A stretch of 64,000 bases of DNA from the NCBI RefSeq assembly GCF_009914755.1, contig NC_060932.1; one strand, written 5' to 3'. Below the pieces are notes generated by a model. The model was given only the letters and a program-made list of their open reading frames with translations, had not been told where the DNA came from and did no database searches. This DNA is from the human T2T-CHM13v2.0 reference genome, Homo sapiens. Of this stretch, positions 12,805 through 25,885 are shown piece after piece; the first letter of the stretch is position 1, and each line of letters opens with the position of its first letter. The position numbers and the translations under genes are program-made.

Positions 12805-14260
12805 GCAGTTGGTCATTCTATGTTCACCTTTTATCCTGCAGCCTTGCTAAATTTATTTAATACTCCTTGAAGATTTTTTTTATATGTCTCAGGACTTTCT
12901 ACAGAGTGAATAAATGTTAATGAAGAAAGTTTTGTTTTTTGCTTTCCAATAAGTATTTTTTTAACTTTTTTTTTTTACTGCATTTGTCTAAAACTTTCAA
13001 TAAGATACTGAGTAAAATATGTCAAAGCAAATGCACTTTTTTTTGATCTCCAATCCTAAAGAGAAACATTTCATTTTTCATCATTAAGTATGATGCTAAC
13101 TGTAGTTTCTGGTGTTTTGTTTTTGATAAGTTTTTTTTTTTTTTGTAGATGTTCTGGAAAAAAACCCACACATTTTTAATTTGCTAAGAGTTTTAAAAAT
13201 AAATGGGTGTTAAATTTGGTTAAATGTTTTTTCTACATTTATTGAGTTCATCATTTTGACTTTTTTATTTCTTTTTAAAACTTTTGTTAATAGAGTGAAA
13301 GACATAGATTGATTTTAAAATATTAAACCAATCTCATACTCCTGAAGTAAACCATACTTGATCATGGTGTAATATTGTCATGTCATTAAGTTCAATTTGT
13401 TAAGGATTTTTACATCTATGTTCAGAAATGATATTGATTTGGAGTTTTGTATTCTTGTAATGTTATTTCCTGATTTCATATCAGGGTAATGCTTGTCTCA
13501 TAGAATAATTTATAAAATGTCTGGGTAGAATTGGGAGCATATCTTTCTGAAATACTGAATAGAATTTATCAATGAATTTACCTAGAACTACTTATTTACG
13601 TGGAAAGATTTTTACTTACAAACCAAGTTTCCTTCACACATGTAAAGCTATTTTGTTTATCTATTTCCATTGGTGTGAATTTGGAACTTTATGTCTTTCA
13701 AGGACTTTGTCCAATTTATCTCTGTTATCACATATATTGGCATACAGTTGTTTATCATATGTCTATTTACTACCTCTAGGAGTCTAGTGATGCACTATCT
13801 CTCCTTTTTTATATTTATAATTCATGTCTTCCCTATTGTTTTCTAAAACCCAGATAAATCTGTTTTTAAATTAATCTTCTCCAAGAACAATATTTTAAAA
13901 TATTTTAAAAATTACCTTCTCATTTTCTATTTCATTGATTTATATTCTTATCTATATTATTTCTCTCATTCTGTTTACTTTTTATATAATCTATTATTCT
14001 TTTTCTAGTTTAAGGTGGAAACTTGGGCCATTAATTTCTTTTATCTGTTCCTAATATTTGTGTTCAATGTTACAAACTTTCATCTAAGCACTGGTTTAGC
14101 TCTATTTCAAAAGTGTGATATATCAGGCTTTTTTGTGTGTTTTCTTTCAGCTCAAAATATTTCTAATTTTCTTTATGATTTCTTCTTTGAATCAGAAGTT
14201 ATTTAGAAGTTTGTTTTAAAATTTTGGAACATTTAAAAAAATTACTTATGTTTTTCTATC
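12805..14260 (-). mobile_element. Old L1 (L1M) ORF2 RT/linker fragment, antisense
   Basis: tatcctgcagccttgctaaattt; tcattaagtatgatgctaactgtag; accatacttgatcatggtgt; catctatgttcag...gatattg. Confidence 0.8.
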
Positions 14261-14264
14261 ATTT

Positions 14265-14520
14265 AAAGATCTTGATATGAAATAATACTGAATTTAGGGT
14301 GGGCCTGAAATCCAATGACATGTGCTTTTGTAATAAGAGAGATTATGGCCCTGCTCACACCTTGTTTTGGACATCTGGCCTCCAGAAATGTAAGAAGATA
14401 CATTTATTTTTTTTAAGCTACCTGCTTTATCGTAATTTGTGATGACATCCCTAGTAAACCAATACAGATTTTTGGTATTAAGAAGTTCAGTGCTGCTGAA
14501 ACCAATATCTAAATGTGTGT
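14265..14520 (+). mobile_element. MLT1 LTR 3' part plus start of MLT1-int
   Basis: tagggtgggcctgaaatccaatgac...ggacatctggcctccagaaatgtaaga...aaaccaataca followed by gatttttggta. Confidence 0.75.
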
Positions 14521-14849
14521 GTGCATATATTTTTCAAATATACAATTTCACCAAATTGTAAATTTCAATATATTTTATTGCATTAAAAGCATACCTAAAT
14601 AATGCTGACCAAAAAGTGTTACATCAGATATCTACTTCTAGAAATATAAGATAAACATACTTTTCCTTATTTGTTTCGTTAAATGGCAGTGACAACACTT
14701 AATAAAAAAAATGGGAAGACTTTGAAGTGTATAGCAAAAACAACAGATGACATAGGGATTTCAGGACCCAAGAAACAAAACAGTTTTGAATTCCCTGATT
14801 TGTTCCCCTTTTCTTGTCTTTCTTTTCTTTTCCTTTCTTTTCTTTCTTT

Positions 14850-17800
14850 TCCTCTCTCTCTCTTTCTTATAAATGGGAAAGGGTAAAATGACATAAAGGG
14901 AAGTAAGCTTTCTGAACTTCACGTGAAGTGGTAAAATTATTGATACTAATATATTGTGGCAAGTTACATTTATTTAATGTATAATAATACTTAGACAACC
15001 ACTATGATACCCTATACAAAGAGAAATATTCACAACAATAAATACAAATGGAATCCTAAAAAATACTCAAGTAACCCACAGAGGATAAGAAAAAGATACT
15101 TGAATAATGAAAAATAGAAATAATAAGCAGTAAACAAAAAATGAAATGAAAGATTTAAGCCCTGACATATCAATAAACACACTAGTAAGTGGTCTCAATA
15201 TACCAATTAAAAGACAGAGATTGACAGAGAGGATGCAAAACTTGAAGTAACTATATGCTATTTACAAGAAACTCACTTCAAATTAAATGACACAGGTAGG
15301 TTGAAAGTAAAATTATATAAAAATATGTATCATGAAAACATGAATTAAAATAATATAAATGACTATGTTTATATCAGACAAAATAGGTCCCTAAAATATA
15401 GAGCAATATTATACAATGATAAAAGGGTCAATGCACCAAGATGATGTAGTAATTCTAAGTGTGTATCCACTAAATAGAATATTAAAATATATAAAGCAAA
15501 AACTCATAAAACTGAAATAGAAGCATACAAATCAACAGTGATAGTTAGAAACAGGAGCATCCCTCTCTCAGCAAATGATAAGACATACAAAGAGAAAACC
15601 AGCAAGGATACAGAACATATTAATACTACCAAACAACAGTATTTAACTGACACTTACAGAATACTCTGCTCAACAACAGTAGAACAGATATGCTTTTCAA
15701 GTAACCATGAAAGGTATATCAAGATAGAACATATCAGATGCCATAGTATAAGCCTCAAAAATTTTAAAATAATTTAAATCTTATATGTATGTTCTCTGAC
15801 AATGGAATAAAATTAGAAATCAATTAACAAAAGATAAAATACATTTTTCAAATGGCTTGAAATAAACAATACACTTCTAAATGATCCAAAGGAAGTCTCA
15901 AGGGACATAAGAAAATACATATAATTGAATAAAATGAAAATACAACTTAATATGTGAGATACAGCTAAGATAGTGATGACAGGAAAACATATAGCACTAA
16001 ATACTTACATTAGAGAAGAGAAAAATATTGAAAATCAATAGTATGTTATTATCTCCAGAAAGTAGAAAAAGAGAAGCAAAATAAAATAAAGCAAGTATAA
16101 AGGTGATGATGAAGAGAAGAGCAAAAATTAATGACATTCAAAACAGAAAAACAATAGGGAAAATAACTGAAAGAAAGAGATGATTATTTGAATAAAAAAT
16201 CTTTAAAATTAACAAACCTGTGTCAAGACTGGCAAAGATAGAGAGAGAACACACAAATTACTAATATTAGGGATGAAAAAGGGGCTATCACTACAGACCC
16301 TACAAATATCATAAGTAAAGTAAAGAAATACTACAAACAACTCTACACACCTAATTTCATAAGTTAGAAAACATGGGCTAATTCCTTAAAAATACAAAAA
16401 CTACTATAACTCATCAAATATGCAAAGAGAATGTGACTAGCCCTACAACAATTAAGGACATTTCATTTATAATTATTACAATTAAAAACAGAAAAGCAAC
16501 AGAGAACAATCAATGAAACAAGGCCTGGTTTTCAGAAAAAAAGTTATAAAATTGATGAGCTTATAGCAAGACTGATGAAAATGTAGAGAGGAAACATAAA
16601 TAAACAATATCAGGAATAAAACAGGAAATGTGACTGTATATGACTTAATATATAACTACAGTAATACAGACAATGCTGTATTAGTGGACAGACAGACATA
16701 TAGATCAGTAGACAGAATAGAAAATCCAGAAATAAACCCATTCAATATACTCAACTGTTTTGATCAAAGTGCAAATACAATTCAATGGAGGAAAAATGGC
16801 CTTTCTACAAATTGTCCTAGAATAACTGGACCACCATAGGCAAAAAAATAAAACTTTACTTTAACTCCACACTTTATAAAAAATTAACTAGAATGGGTCA
16901 CACTTAAGTTTATAATGTAAACTTATACAACTATTAGACAGAAACAGAAAAAAAAATCATTGGGACCTGGGGCTAGGCAAAGAGGTCTTAGATTTGAACT
17001 AAAAGCATAATTCATAAACATTTTCAAAAGTAGATTGAACACCCTCAAAATTAAAGGGATCGCTATGCAAAAGACCCTTTTAAAATGATACTGTGATCTG
17101 AATGTTGATGTTCTGCCCAAATTCATATGTTGAAATTTAATTTCTAGTGTGACAGTATTAAGAGGTGAGGCCTTTAAGAGCTGATTATGTCATGAGGGCT
17201 TTGCTGTCATTAATGGGATTAGTATCTTTATAAAAGACGGCTGAGAGAGCTCGCTTGCCTCTTCCACCATGTGAGAACCCAGCAAGAAGACCCCACTGAT
17301 GAAGCAGAGAGTAAGACCTCACCAGACACCAAATCTCCTGGCACCCTGATCTTAGACTTCCCAGCCTAAAGAGCTATACAAAATACATTTCTGTTGTTTA
17401 TAGATTATTCAAACTAAGGTATTTTGTAATAGTAGTTTGAACAGACTAAGACAGATGACAAAAAGACAAGCTAAGGAAGGGAAGAAAATATTTGAGACCA
17501 CATAACTGACAAAGGACTTTTATCTAGAATAAATACACAAAATAGTCACAAAATTCATCAGTAAAATAATAAGCAATCTAAAATTATTTAAATATATGAC
17601 AAGTTGTTATATTTAAGATAATTTACAGATGATAATAAGCACATGGAAAGGTGATCAACATTGTAACCTGTTAAGAAAACATAAATTAAAACTACAATGA
17701 GATATCACTACACATTTCTCTGAATAGATAAAATAAAAAACTTGTGACAATACCAAATGCTGAAGAGAATGCAGACAAACTGGGTAACTTATACATTGTG

Positions 17801-18540
17801 AGTAGGAATGTAAAATGATATAACTACTCTGGAAGAGTATAGCAATTTCTTACAAAATAATCAATGCGCCTACCATGATACCCAACAATTGCACCGTTGG
17901 GAGCTTATTTCAGAGAAATAAAAAATTACGTTAATACAAAAATTTGTATAAAATTTTTCCCAATAAATTTATTCATAATAGGAAAATAATTGAAAATAAC
18001 CTGTAAGTTCATAGACATTTACATGGCTAAGCAAATTGTGATACATCCATACCATGGAAAGCTATTCAGCAATAAAAATGAAAAAATTATTTATGTATAC
18101 AAAAACTTGAAGGGATTTCAGGGAGTTATGCAGAATGAAAAAAGCCAGCCTCAAAGGTCACATGCTACATGTTTCTGTTTATATAACATTCTTGAAATGA
18201 CAAAATAATAGATGTGAAAAACAGATTAGTGGTTTTCAGGGATTAGGGATGGTGAGGATGGAAGGGGGGAATATAAGGTGTAGCATGAGTGAAGTCTTCA
18301 TGGCAATGGGATAGTTCTACATCTGAGCTGTGGTGCTGGTTACACAGCTATACACATGTGACAAAATGGCACATAACTTTTCACAAATATTGCACCTATG
18401 TCAATATCCTGGTTCTGATATTGTTTGATTATTATGTATAATATAATTATTGGAGGAAACTGGGTGAACAGCAGAAGGCATCTCTCTGTCCTATTTTTCC
18501 TGTGAATCTATAATTATTTCAAAATAAAATGTCTTTTAGA
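14850..18540 (+). mobile_element. L1MC/L1MD-type LINE: EN and linker, RT missing, ORF2 C-terminus and 3'UTR
   Basis: tatgctatttacaagaaactcac (CLQETH), atatcagacaaaatag; 3'UTR tatataacattcttgaaatgacaaaa...aacagattagtggtt. Confidence 0.85.
17089..17453 (+). mobile_element. MLT1A-type solo LTR nested in L1
   Basis: caaattcatatgttgaaa...cctcaccagacaccaaatctcctggcaccctgatcttagacttccc...gactaagaca; degenerate 5-bp TSD aatga/gatga. Confidence 0.9.
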
Positions 18541-18753
18541 AAGGACTAGAATGAGCAAATAAAACATCTGATTCTAAAAACAAAATTTGTATATCATATT
18601 AACAAGAGTGTTGATTGATTAGAGGTAAGGGAATCAGTGGTAAGCTAATTTTTACAAATTTCGTAAGGAGAAGGAGCTTCTTTGATTAATAACAGAAAGA
18701 TTTATAAATATTTTATCATCATTATACAGTTTATTATATTATGTATCAGGAAC

Positions 18754-18756
<3 letters not shown>

Positions 18757-18796
<40 letters not shown>

Positions 18797-18797
18797 T
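18757..18797. repeat. (TG)n microsatellite at Alu tail
   Basis: About 20 TG units read directly. Confidence 0.95.
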
Positions 18798-19072
18798 ATT
18801 TTTTTTTTGACAGAGTCTCACTCTATTGTCCAGGCTGGAGTGCAATGATGCGATCTCAGCTCACTGCAACCTCAAGTGATTCTCCTCCCTCAGCTCCCAA
18901 GTAGCTGGAATTACAGGCACACACCACCATGCCCAGCTAATTTTTTGTAATTTTAGTAGAGATGGGGTTTCACCACCTTGGCCAGGCTGCTCTCAAACTC
19001 CTGACCTCGTGATCCACCCGCTTCGGCCTTCCAAAGTGCTGGGATTACAGGTGTGAGCCACCACACCTGGCC
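18798..19072 (-). mobile_element. AluS (AluSg-like) with small internal deletion
   Basis: ctcaaactcctgacctcgtgatcc; gctgggattacaggtgtgagccacc. Confidence 0.95.
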
Positions 19073-19501
19073 TGTTTTGATTCTTAAAAATGAAACCAAA
19101 AAAAAGGAGATAAACTGCTTAAAAGAAGAAACCAATAAAGAAGGGGCATGAGGCAAAGGTAGTAGTAGTCTTTTGAGTAAGTGCCCTTGTAGAGTTTCTA
19201 ATGAAAGCATCATCCTTCATTAGTGAAAAGAAATATTTTCACTTGTCACTGTAGAAAACAAGAGAAAGAAAGGTATAGATAGAGGGAAAATATTCAGAAA
19301 GCTTAATAGCTCCAGAAAAATAAGAAAGCAGTCAGCTCTTCCTAGCAAAGAAGGAGATGATATTCTGGGCTTAAGAGGAGTCAAGCGGGTTTTAAATAGC
19401 TGCTGCATCTAGCAGAATAGAGTGGTGACTGCAGAGACATGGAGGCCAAGGGAGAAGCATGAGGAGCCAAGCTGTAGTTTGAGTATGAAATTATAGTTAA
19501 G

Positions 19502-19542
19502 TTGTTATACTCAATTATAGTATTGTTATACTCAATTATAGT
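19502..19542. repeat. 21-bp tandem duplication
   Basis: ttgttatactcaattatagt(a) x2. Confidence 0.85.
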
Positions 19543-20170
19543 TACTTTATATACATAAATGAGGAACACTTTGCTAAAATACAGAAAACTTCCCTTTTTT
19601 TCACGTCTACATTAATAGTGACTTCTTTTTGCAAGGCTGAAAGGAAAAAAATTCAGGACAGATGAAGGTACATTGGTGAGAGGGGTTTATTCAAGAAATC
19701 ACTTTTTATTTTCTACTAAAAATAGTATTACATAATAATTTGAATTACCAATACTGGTTTTTTAGTCTTCCACTGGTGGGGAAACTATTCATAAATTATT
19801 TTGAATATATGATCAGAAACTGGAAATGCTGTATCACTTTGCCACACTTTCTTGTTTTAGCATGGTTAGAAAAAAAATTTTTAAGTTAATCTATGGCCAA
19901 GATAGGGGGACTTGCTCTTGTCTTTGTTTTCTTTGGCCCAAACAACAAAACTGTATAGCCATATGACATTCCCACTTCTGCCAACTATCAACTCCCAGAG
20001 CTAGATGAGTCGAGATTAACCATGTTACTTTGCTGTTGAGTTTTGTAACTTGGTTATGTGTTAAGTAAGAACAACAGGATATAAAACTACATGACCAGAA
20101 TTTTGACAGGAAGACTTGGAGGAGGTGAAGAGGGAAAGGAAAGGGAGACAGAAGGAAAAATGAAAGGGAG

Positions 20171-20182
20171 GTGTGTGTGTGT

Positions 20183-20218
<36 letters not shown>

Positions 20219-20240
20219 CAGAGACAGAGTCAGAGAGAGA
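20171..20240. repeat. (TG)n(AG)n compound microsatellite
   Basis: Read directly. Confidence 0.9.
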
Positions 20241-20394
20241 AAGGGAGAATAGGCCTCCAAGAAATACATTAATATTTTGGCATTGTTCATCTGTAGGTAG
20301 TAATAAAACAATGTTTTATTTATTTGTACTTTCTCATGTATTTCATTTCATGATCAGGAAAATATGAAAGTCCTTATTTTTAAAACTTAGAGGA

Positions 20395-20727
20395 GGCCAG
20401 GCGCGATGGCTCACGCCTGTAATCCCAACACTTTGGGAGGCCGAGGTGGGTGGATCACAAGGTCAGGAGTTCAAGACCAGCCTGGCCACCTTGGTGAAAC
20501 CCTGTCTTTACTAAAAATACAAAAATTAGCCAGGTGTGGTGGCATGCCTGAAGTCCAAGCTACTCAGGAGACTGAGGCAGGAGAATTTTTGAACACAGGA
20601 GGCATAGGTTGCAGTGAGCCAAGACTGCGCCACTGCACTCCAGCCTGGGCAACAGAGCGAGACTCTGTCTCATAAAAAACAAAAAAACAGAAACAAAAAC
20701 CAAACCAAAACAAACAAACAAAAAAAC
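20395..20727 (+). mobile_element. AluS (AluSg-like), full length
   Basis: ggccaggcgcgatggctcacgcctgtaatccc...ggatcacaaggtcaggagttc; A/C-patterned tail; TSD aaaacttagagga (20382-20394) / aagacttagggga (20728-20740). Confidence 0.96.
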
Positions 20728-21240
20728 AAGACTTAGGGGAAATCATGTTTTTCCTCATTTTTGCTCTACTATCATTTGGGCCAAATTAAAAATTAATATA
20801 AATTCAGTTTTCAGCATTATATATATTTGACAAATGAGAAGTGCATATATTTAAGGCATATAGCTTGATATTTTGATATATGTATATATTGTAAAATGAT
20901 CACCACAATCAAGCTAATTAACATATCTGATACCTCACATACTACCATTTATCTCCCTCCCTCCTTTCTTCCTTCCTCTTTTTCTTTCTTCTTAAAGAGA
21001 ACACTTAAGGTCTTCCCTCTTAGCAAATTTCAAGTGTGCAACACAGTACTGATAACTATAGTCACTATGCTGTATATTATTATCTCCAGAATTTATTCAT
21101 CTTTCATAAATGAAACTTTGTAACTTTAGACAAACATCTCAGCCTCCCACTCAGGCAATCCCATTCTACTCTCTGCTTCTATGAGCTTGACTGTTTTTGA
21201 TTCCATATGTGAGTGAGATCATGTAGTTGTCTTTCTGTGT

Positions 21241-21320
21241 CTGGTTTATTTTACATAACACAAGGTCTTCCAGGTTCATACTGGCTTATTTCACATAACA
21301 CAAGGTCTTCCAGGTTCATA
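21241..21320. repeat. 40-bp tandem duplication inside L1
   Basis: ctggYttattTYacataacacaaggtcttccaggttcata x2, 2 mismatches. Confidence 0.95.
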
Positions 21321-22302
21321 CATGTTGTCACATATTGCAGGACTTCCTTCTTTTTAACACAGAATAGTATTCCATTGTGTATATTTTGCAAATTTTCTTT
21401 CTCCATTCATCCATTGCTGGACACTTGGGTTGATTCCATATATTGACTATTGTGACTAACAATGCAAGGAACATGGGAGTGCAGGTATTTCTACAGCATG
21501 CTAACTTCATTTCCTCTGTATCTATACCCACAAGTGGATTTGCTGGATCGTAAAATAGATGATATATTTTACAATTTTGAGAAACCTTCATACTGTTTTC
21601 CATAACGGTGGTACCAATTTACATTCCCATAAAAAAGGTTCCTTTTTACCAGCATCCTCACCAACGCTTATTATCTTATATCTTTTTTGGTAATATCCTG
21701 TCCAATAAGTGTGAGGTGATATTTCACTGTGGTTTTGATTTGCATATCACTGATGATTAGTGATACTGAACACGTTTTCATGTGCCTCTTGGCCATTTGT
21801 ATGTCTTCTTATGAGCGATGTAAATTTGGGTCCTTTACATATTATTGTTATTTACATATTTATTATTTTTCTGTTGATGTTGCTTTGGTTGGTAGATTAT
21901 CTTTTCACTCTCATGATTGTTTCCTTTGCTGTGCAGAAGCTTTTTAGTTTGATGCTATCTCATTCTCTATTTTTGCTTTTATTGCCTATATTTTGGTCAT
22001 GTCCAAAAACAAGTTTCCAAGACCGATGTGAAGAAACTTTTCCCTTGTTTTCTTCTAGTTTACACTATCAGGTTTTACATTTAAGTATTTAACACATTTG
22101 GAGTTGATTTTTGTATATAGTATTAGCTACGGGTCTAATTTCATTTTTCTGCATGTGGATATCCAGTTTTCCCTACATAATTCATTGAAAATTCTATCCT
22201 TTCACCATTGTATATTCTTGGCACTGTGTTAAAGATCAGTTGACTGTAAATGCTTGGACTTATTTTTGGGTTATGTATTCTTTTCCATTTGTCTATACAT
22301 CT

Positions 22303-22303
<1 letters not shown>

Positions 22304-22338
<35 letters not shown>
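22304..22338. repeat. (TG)n microsatellite
   Basis: About 17 TG units. Confidence 0.95.
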
Positions 22339-22339
<1 letters not shown>

Positions 22340-22547
22340 CAGCACTATACTGTTTGATTACTGTGGCTGTGTAATACATTTCCAAATCAGTAAGTGTCAT
22401 GCCACAAGCTTTGCTATTTTTGCTCACAATTGCTTTGGCATCATCTGTGGTTTCATGTTAATTTAAAATTGTTTAATCAATTTCTGTAAACAGTGTCACT
22501 GGGATTTTGATAGAGCTTGCATTGAATTGCTAGATTGCTTTGCGTAG

Positions 22548-24889
22548 TAATATGATTTGGCTTTGTGTTCACACCGAAGTCTCATCTCAAAGTGTAATCA
22601 CCACACGTTGAGGAAGAGACCTGGTGGGAAATGATTGGATCATGGGGGTGGTTCCCCCGTGCTGTTCTTATGCTAGTGAGTGAGTTCTCATGAGATCTGA
22701 TGATTTTGAAGTGGCAGTTTCCCCTGCTCTTGCTCTCTCTCCTGCTGCCATGCCTTGCTTCCTGTTACCTTCTGCCATAATTGGAAGTTTCCTGAGGCCT
22801 TCCCAGCCATGCAGAGCTGTGAGTCAATTAAATCTCTTTTTTAAAAAAAAAAATATAATATAAAATAAAATAATCCAGTCTCAGGCAGTCTTTACAGCAG
22901 TGTGAAAATGGACTAATACAGAAAACTGGTACTGGGAGTGGGGCCCTGTTATAAAGGTAACCTGAAAATGTGGAAGCAACTTTGGTACTGTGTAATGGGC
23001 AGAGATTGGAACAGTCCTGAGGGCTCAAAAGAAGACAGCAAGATTAGGGAAAGTTTGAAACTTCCTAGACACTTTTTGAATGGTTTTGACCAAAAATGCT
23101 GATAGTGATATGTATAATGAAGTCCAGGCTGAGGTGGTCTCAGATGGAGATGAGGAGCTTATTGGGACCTGGAGCAAAGGTCACTCTTGCTATGCTTTAG
23201 CAAAGAGACTGGTGGCATTTTGCCCCTGCCCTACAGATCTGTGAACTTTGAACTTTAGATATATAATTTAGGATATCTGGCAGAAGAAATTTCTAAGCAG
23301 AAAAGCATTCAAGATGTGACATGGCTGATTCTGAAAGTGTTCAGTCATATGTGTTCACAAAGAGATTAACTGAAACTGGAAATTTTATTTAAAAGGGAAG
23401 CAGAGCATAAAAGTTTGGGAAATTTCCAGCCTGACCATAAGGTAGAAAAGAAAAATCCATTTTCTGGGGAGAAATTCAAGCCTGAAGCAGAAATTTGCAT
23501 AAGTAATGAGGAGCCAAAGGTTAATAGCCAAGACAATGGAGAAATGTCTCCAGGGCATTTCAAGGATCTTTATGGCAGCCCCTCTCATCACAGGCCTGGA
23601 GGCCTAAGAGGGGAAAAATGGATTCATGGGGTAGGGCCAGGACCCTGCTGTCCTGTGCAGCCTCAGGACATGGCATTCTGCATCCCAGCCACTCCAGCTC
23701 CAGCTGTAGCTAAAATGGGCCAAGGTACTGTTGCTTCAGAGGGTACAAAGCCCAAACCTTGGTGGTTTCCACATGGTGTTGGGACTGCAGGTGTGCAGAA
23801 GACTAGATAGAGTTGAGCTTTGGCAACTTCCACCTAGATTTCAGAGAATGTATGAAAATGCCTAGATGTGAAGGCAGAAGTCTGCTGTGGGACAGAGCAC
23901 CTATGGAGAACATCTACCAGGGCAATGCAGAGGGGGAAGGGCTGAAGCCCCCACACAGAGTCCCCACTAGGGCACTGCCTTTGGGGTGAGAAGAGGTCTT
24001 CCAGATCCCAAGATGGTAGATCTACTGACAGCTTTCACTGTGCACCCAGTGTCTCAGGCACTCAATGCCAGTTTGTGAAAGTAGCCACAGGGTCTGTATT
24101 CTGTACAGCCACAGGGGCAGAGCTGCCCAAGGCCTTGGGAGCCCACCCCTTGCATCAGTGTGGCCTGGATGTGAGACATGGAGTCAAGAGAGATCATTCT
24201 GGAGCTTTAACATATAATGACTGCCCTGCTGGATTTCAGACTTGCGTGGGTCCTATAGCCTTTTGGTTTGACCAATTTCTCCCATTTGGAACAGGAACAT
24301 TTACCCAATGCCTATACCCCTATTGTATCTTGGAAGTAACTAACTTGTTTTTGATTTTATAAGTTCATAGGTGGAAGGGACTTGCCTTGTCTCAGATGAG
24401 ACTTTGGACTGTGACTTTTGAGTTAATGCTGGGATGAGTTAAGACTCTGGGGGACTCTTGGGAAGGTGTGATTTTATTTTGAAATCAAAATACAATGAGA
24501 AGGACATGAGATTTGGGAGGATGGAATTATATGGTTTGGCTTTGTCTCCACTCCCAAATATCATCTTGAATTGTAATCCCCATGTATTGAGGGAGGGACC
24601 TGGTGGGAGGTGATTGGATCATGGGGATAGGTTCCCCCATGCTGTTCTTGTGATAGTGAGTGAGTTCTCATGAGAGCTGATGGTTTAAAAGTGTCAGTTT
24701 CCCCTGTGCTCACTCACTCTCCTGCTGCCATGTAAGATATGCCTTGCTTCCCCTTCACCTTCCTCCATGATGGCAAATTTCCTGAGGCCTTCCCAGCCAT
24801 GCAGAACTGTGAGTCAATTAAACCTCCTTTTTAAATAAATTACCCATACTCGGGCAGTTCTTTATAGCAGTGTGAAACAGACTAATACA
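22548..24889 (+). mobile_element. Full-length THE1D-type MaLR element: 5'LTR 22548-22920, internal 22921-24526, 3'LTR 24527-24889
   Basis: Two LTRs (gattggatcatgggg...gtgagtcaattaaa...gactaataca) around a THE1-int (ctgaaaatgtggaagcaactttgg...); TSD cgtag/agtag. Confidence 0.93.
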
Positions 24890-25469
24890 AGTAGCACGAA
24901 CATCTTAACAATTTTACCTCTTCCAACATGAACAAGGGAAGTCTTTCTATTTATCTGTGTCTGTAAAAAATTTTCTTTATCAAGGTTTTATACCATTTTG
25001 CATATCAGTCTTTACCCTTTTTGGTTACCTTTATTTCTAAGTATTTTATTCTTTTGTTGTTATTTTAAAAGGTATTGTTTTCTTAATTTCATTTCTGAAT
25101 AGTTAATTGTTGATGCATAGAAATAACAGATATTTTTGCTATGTTGATATTGTACACTGCAACTTTATTGAAATTGCTCATTAGTTCTAATAGGATTTTT
25201 TGTTGTCTTTAGGGTTTTCTTTTGAAAATGCCATCTGCAAACATCTTATTTTACTCTTTTCTTTTGAATGTGGATGCCTCTTATTTATTTTCTAATTGCT
25301 TTAGTGAGGACTTTCAGTACTATGTTGAATAGAAGCAGTGAGCATGGGCATCCTTGCATTTTGCCATATCTTACAGAAAAAGCTTTTAATTTACCCCCAT
25401 TGATTATGACATTAATCTGGGCTTCTCATATATAATCTTTATTGCATTGAGGTACCTATTTGGCTGAGA

Positions 25470-25885
25470 GCTTTTTTATTGATACATAACAATTGTACAT
25501 ATATATGGGATACCTGTTATATTTTGGCTCCTGTATACTACGTGCAATGATCAAGTCAGAGTATTTAGGATATCCATAGTCATTCCTATGTGTTAGGAAT
25601 ATTTCAAGACCTCTCTTCTAGCTATTATGAAATATACAATACACTGCTGTTAACTCTAGTCATACTACTCTTCTATTGAACATTCAAACTTTTTCCTTTT
25701 GTCTAACTGTATGTTTGTCCCTATTGATAAACAAACCTCTTTTGATCCCCTGGCCCCCTACACAACCCTCCCAGCCAATGCTAACTATCAGTTTACTCTT
25801 TACCTCCATGAGATTAATTTTTTTAGCTCCCACATATGAGTGAGAATATGTGATATTTATCTTTCTGTGCCTGGTTTATTTTAGT
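25470..25885 (-). mobile_element. Nested L1MA 3' end
   Basis: ttttattgatacataacaattgtacatatatatggga...tttttagctcccacatatgagtgagaatatg. Confidence 0.85.

Noticed and set aside
12297-14466. MLT1 5' fragment (minus) and MLT1 3' fragment (plus) suggesting a 2-kb inversion through a single LTR
   Set aside because: The pieces appear to overlap in consensus position and differ in subfamily wording (gttaagatgatgtcatac vs gatcttgatatgaaataatac); two independent LTRs are more likely.
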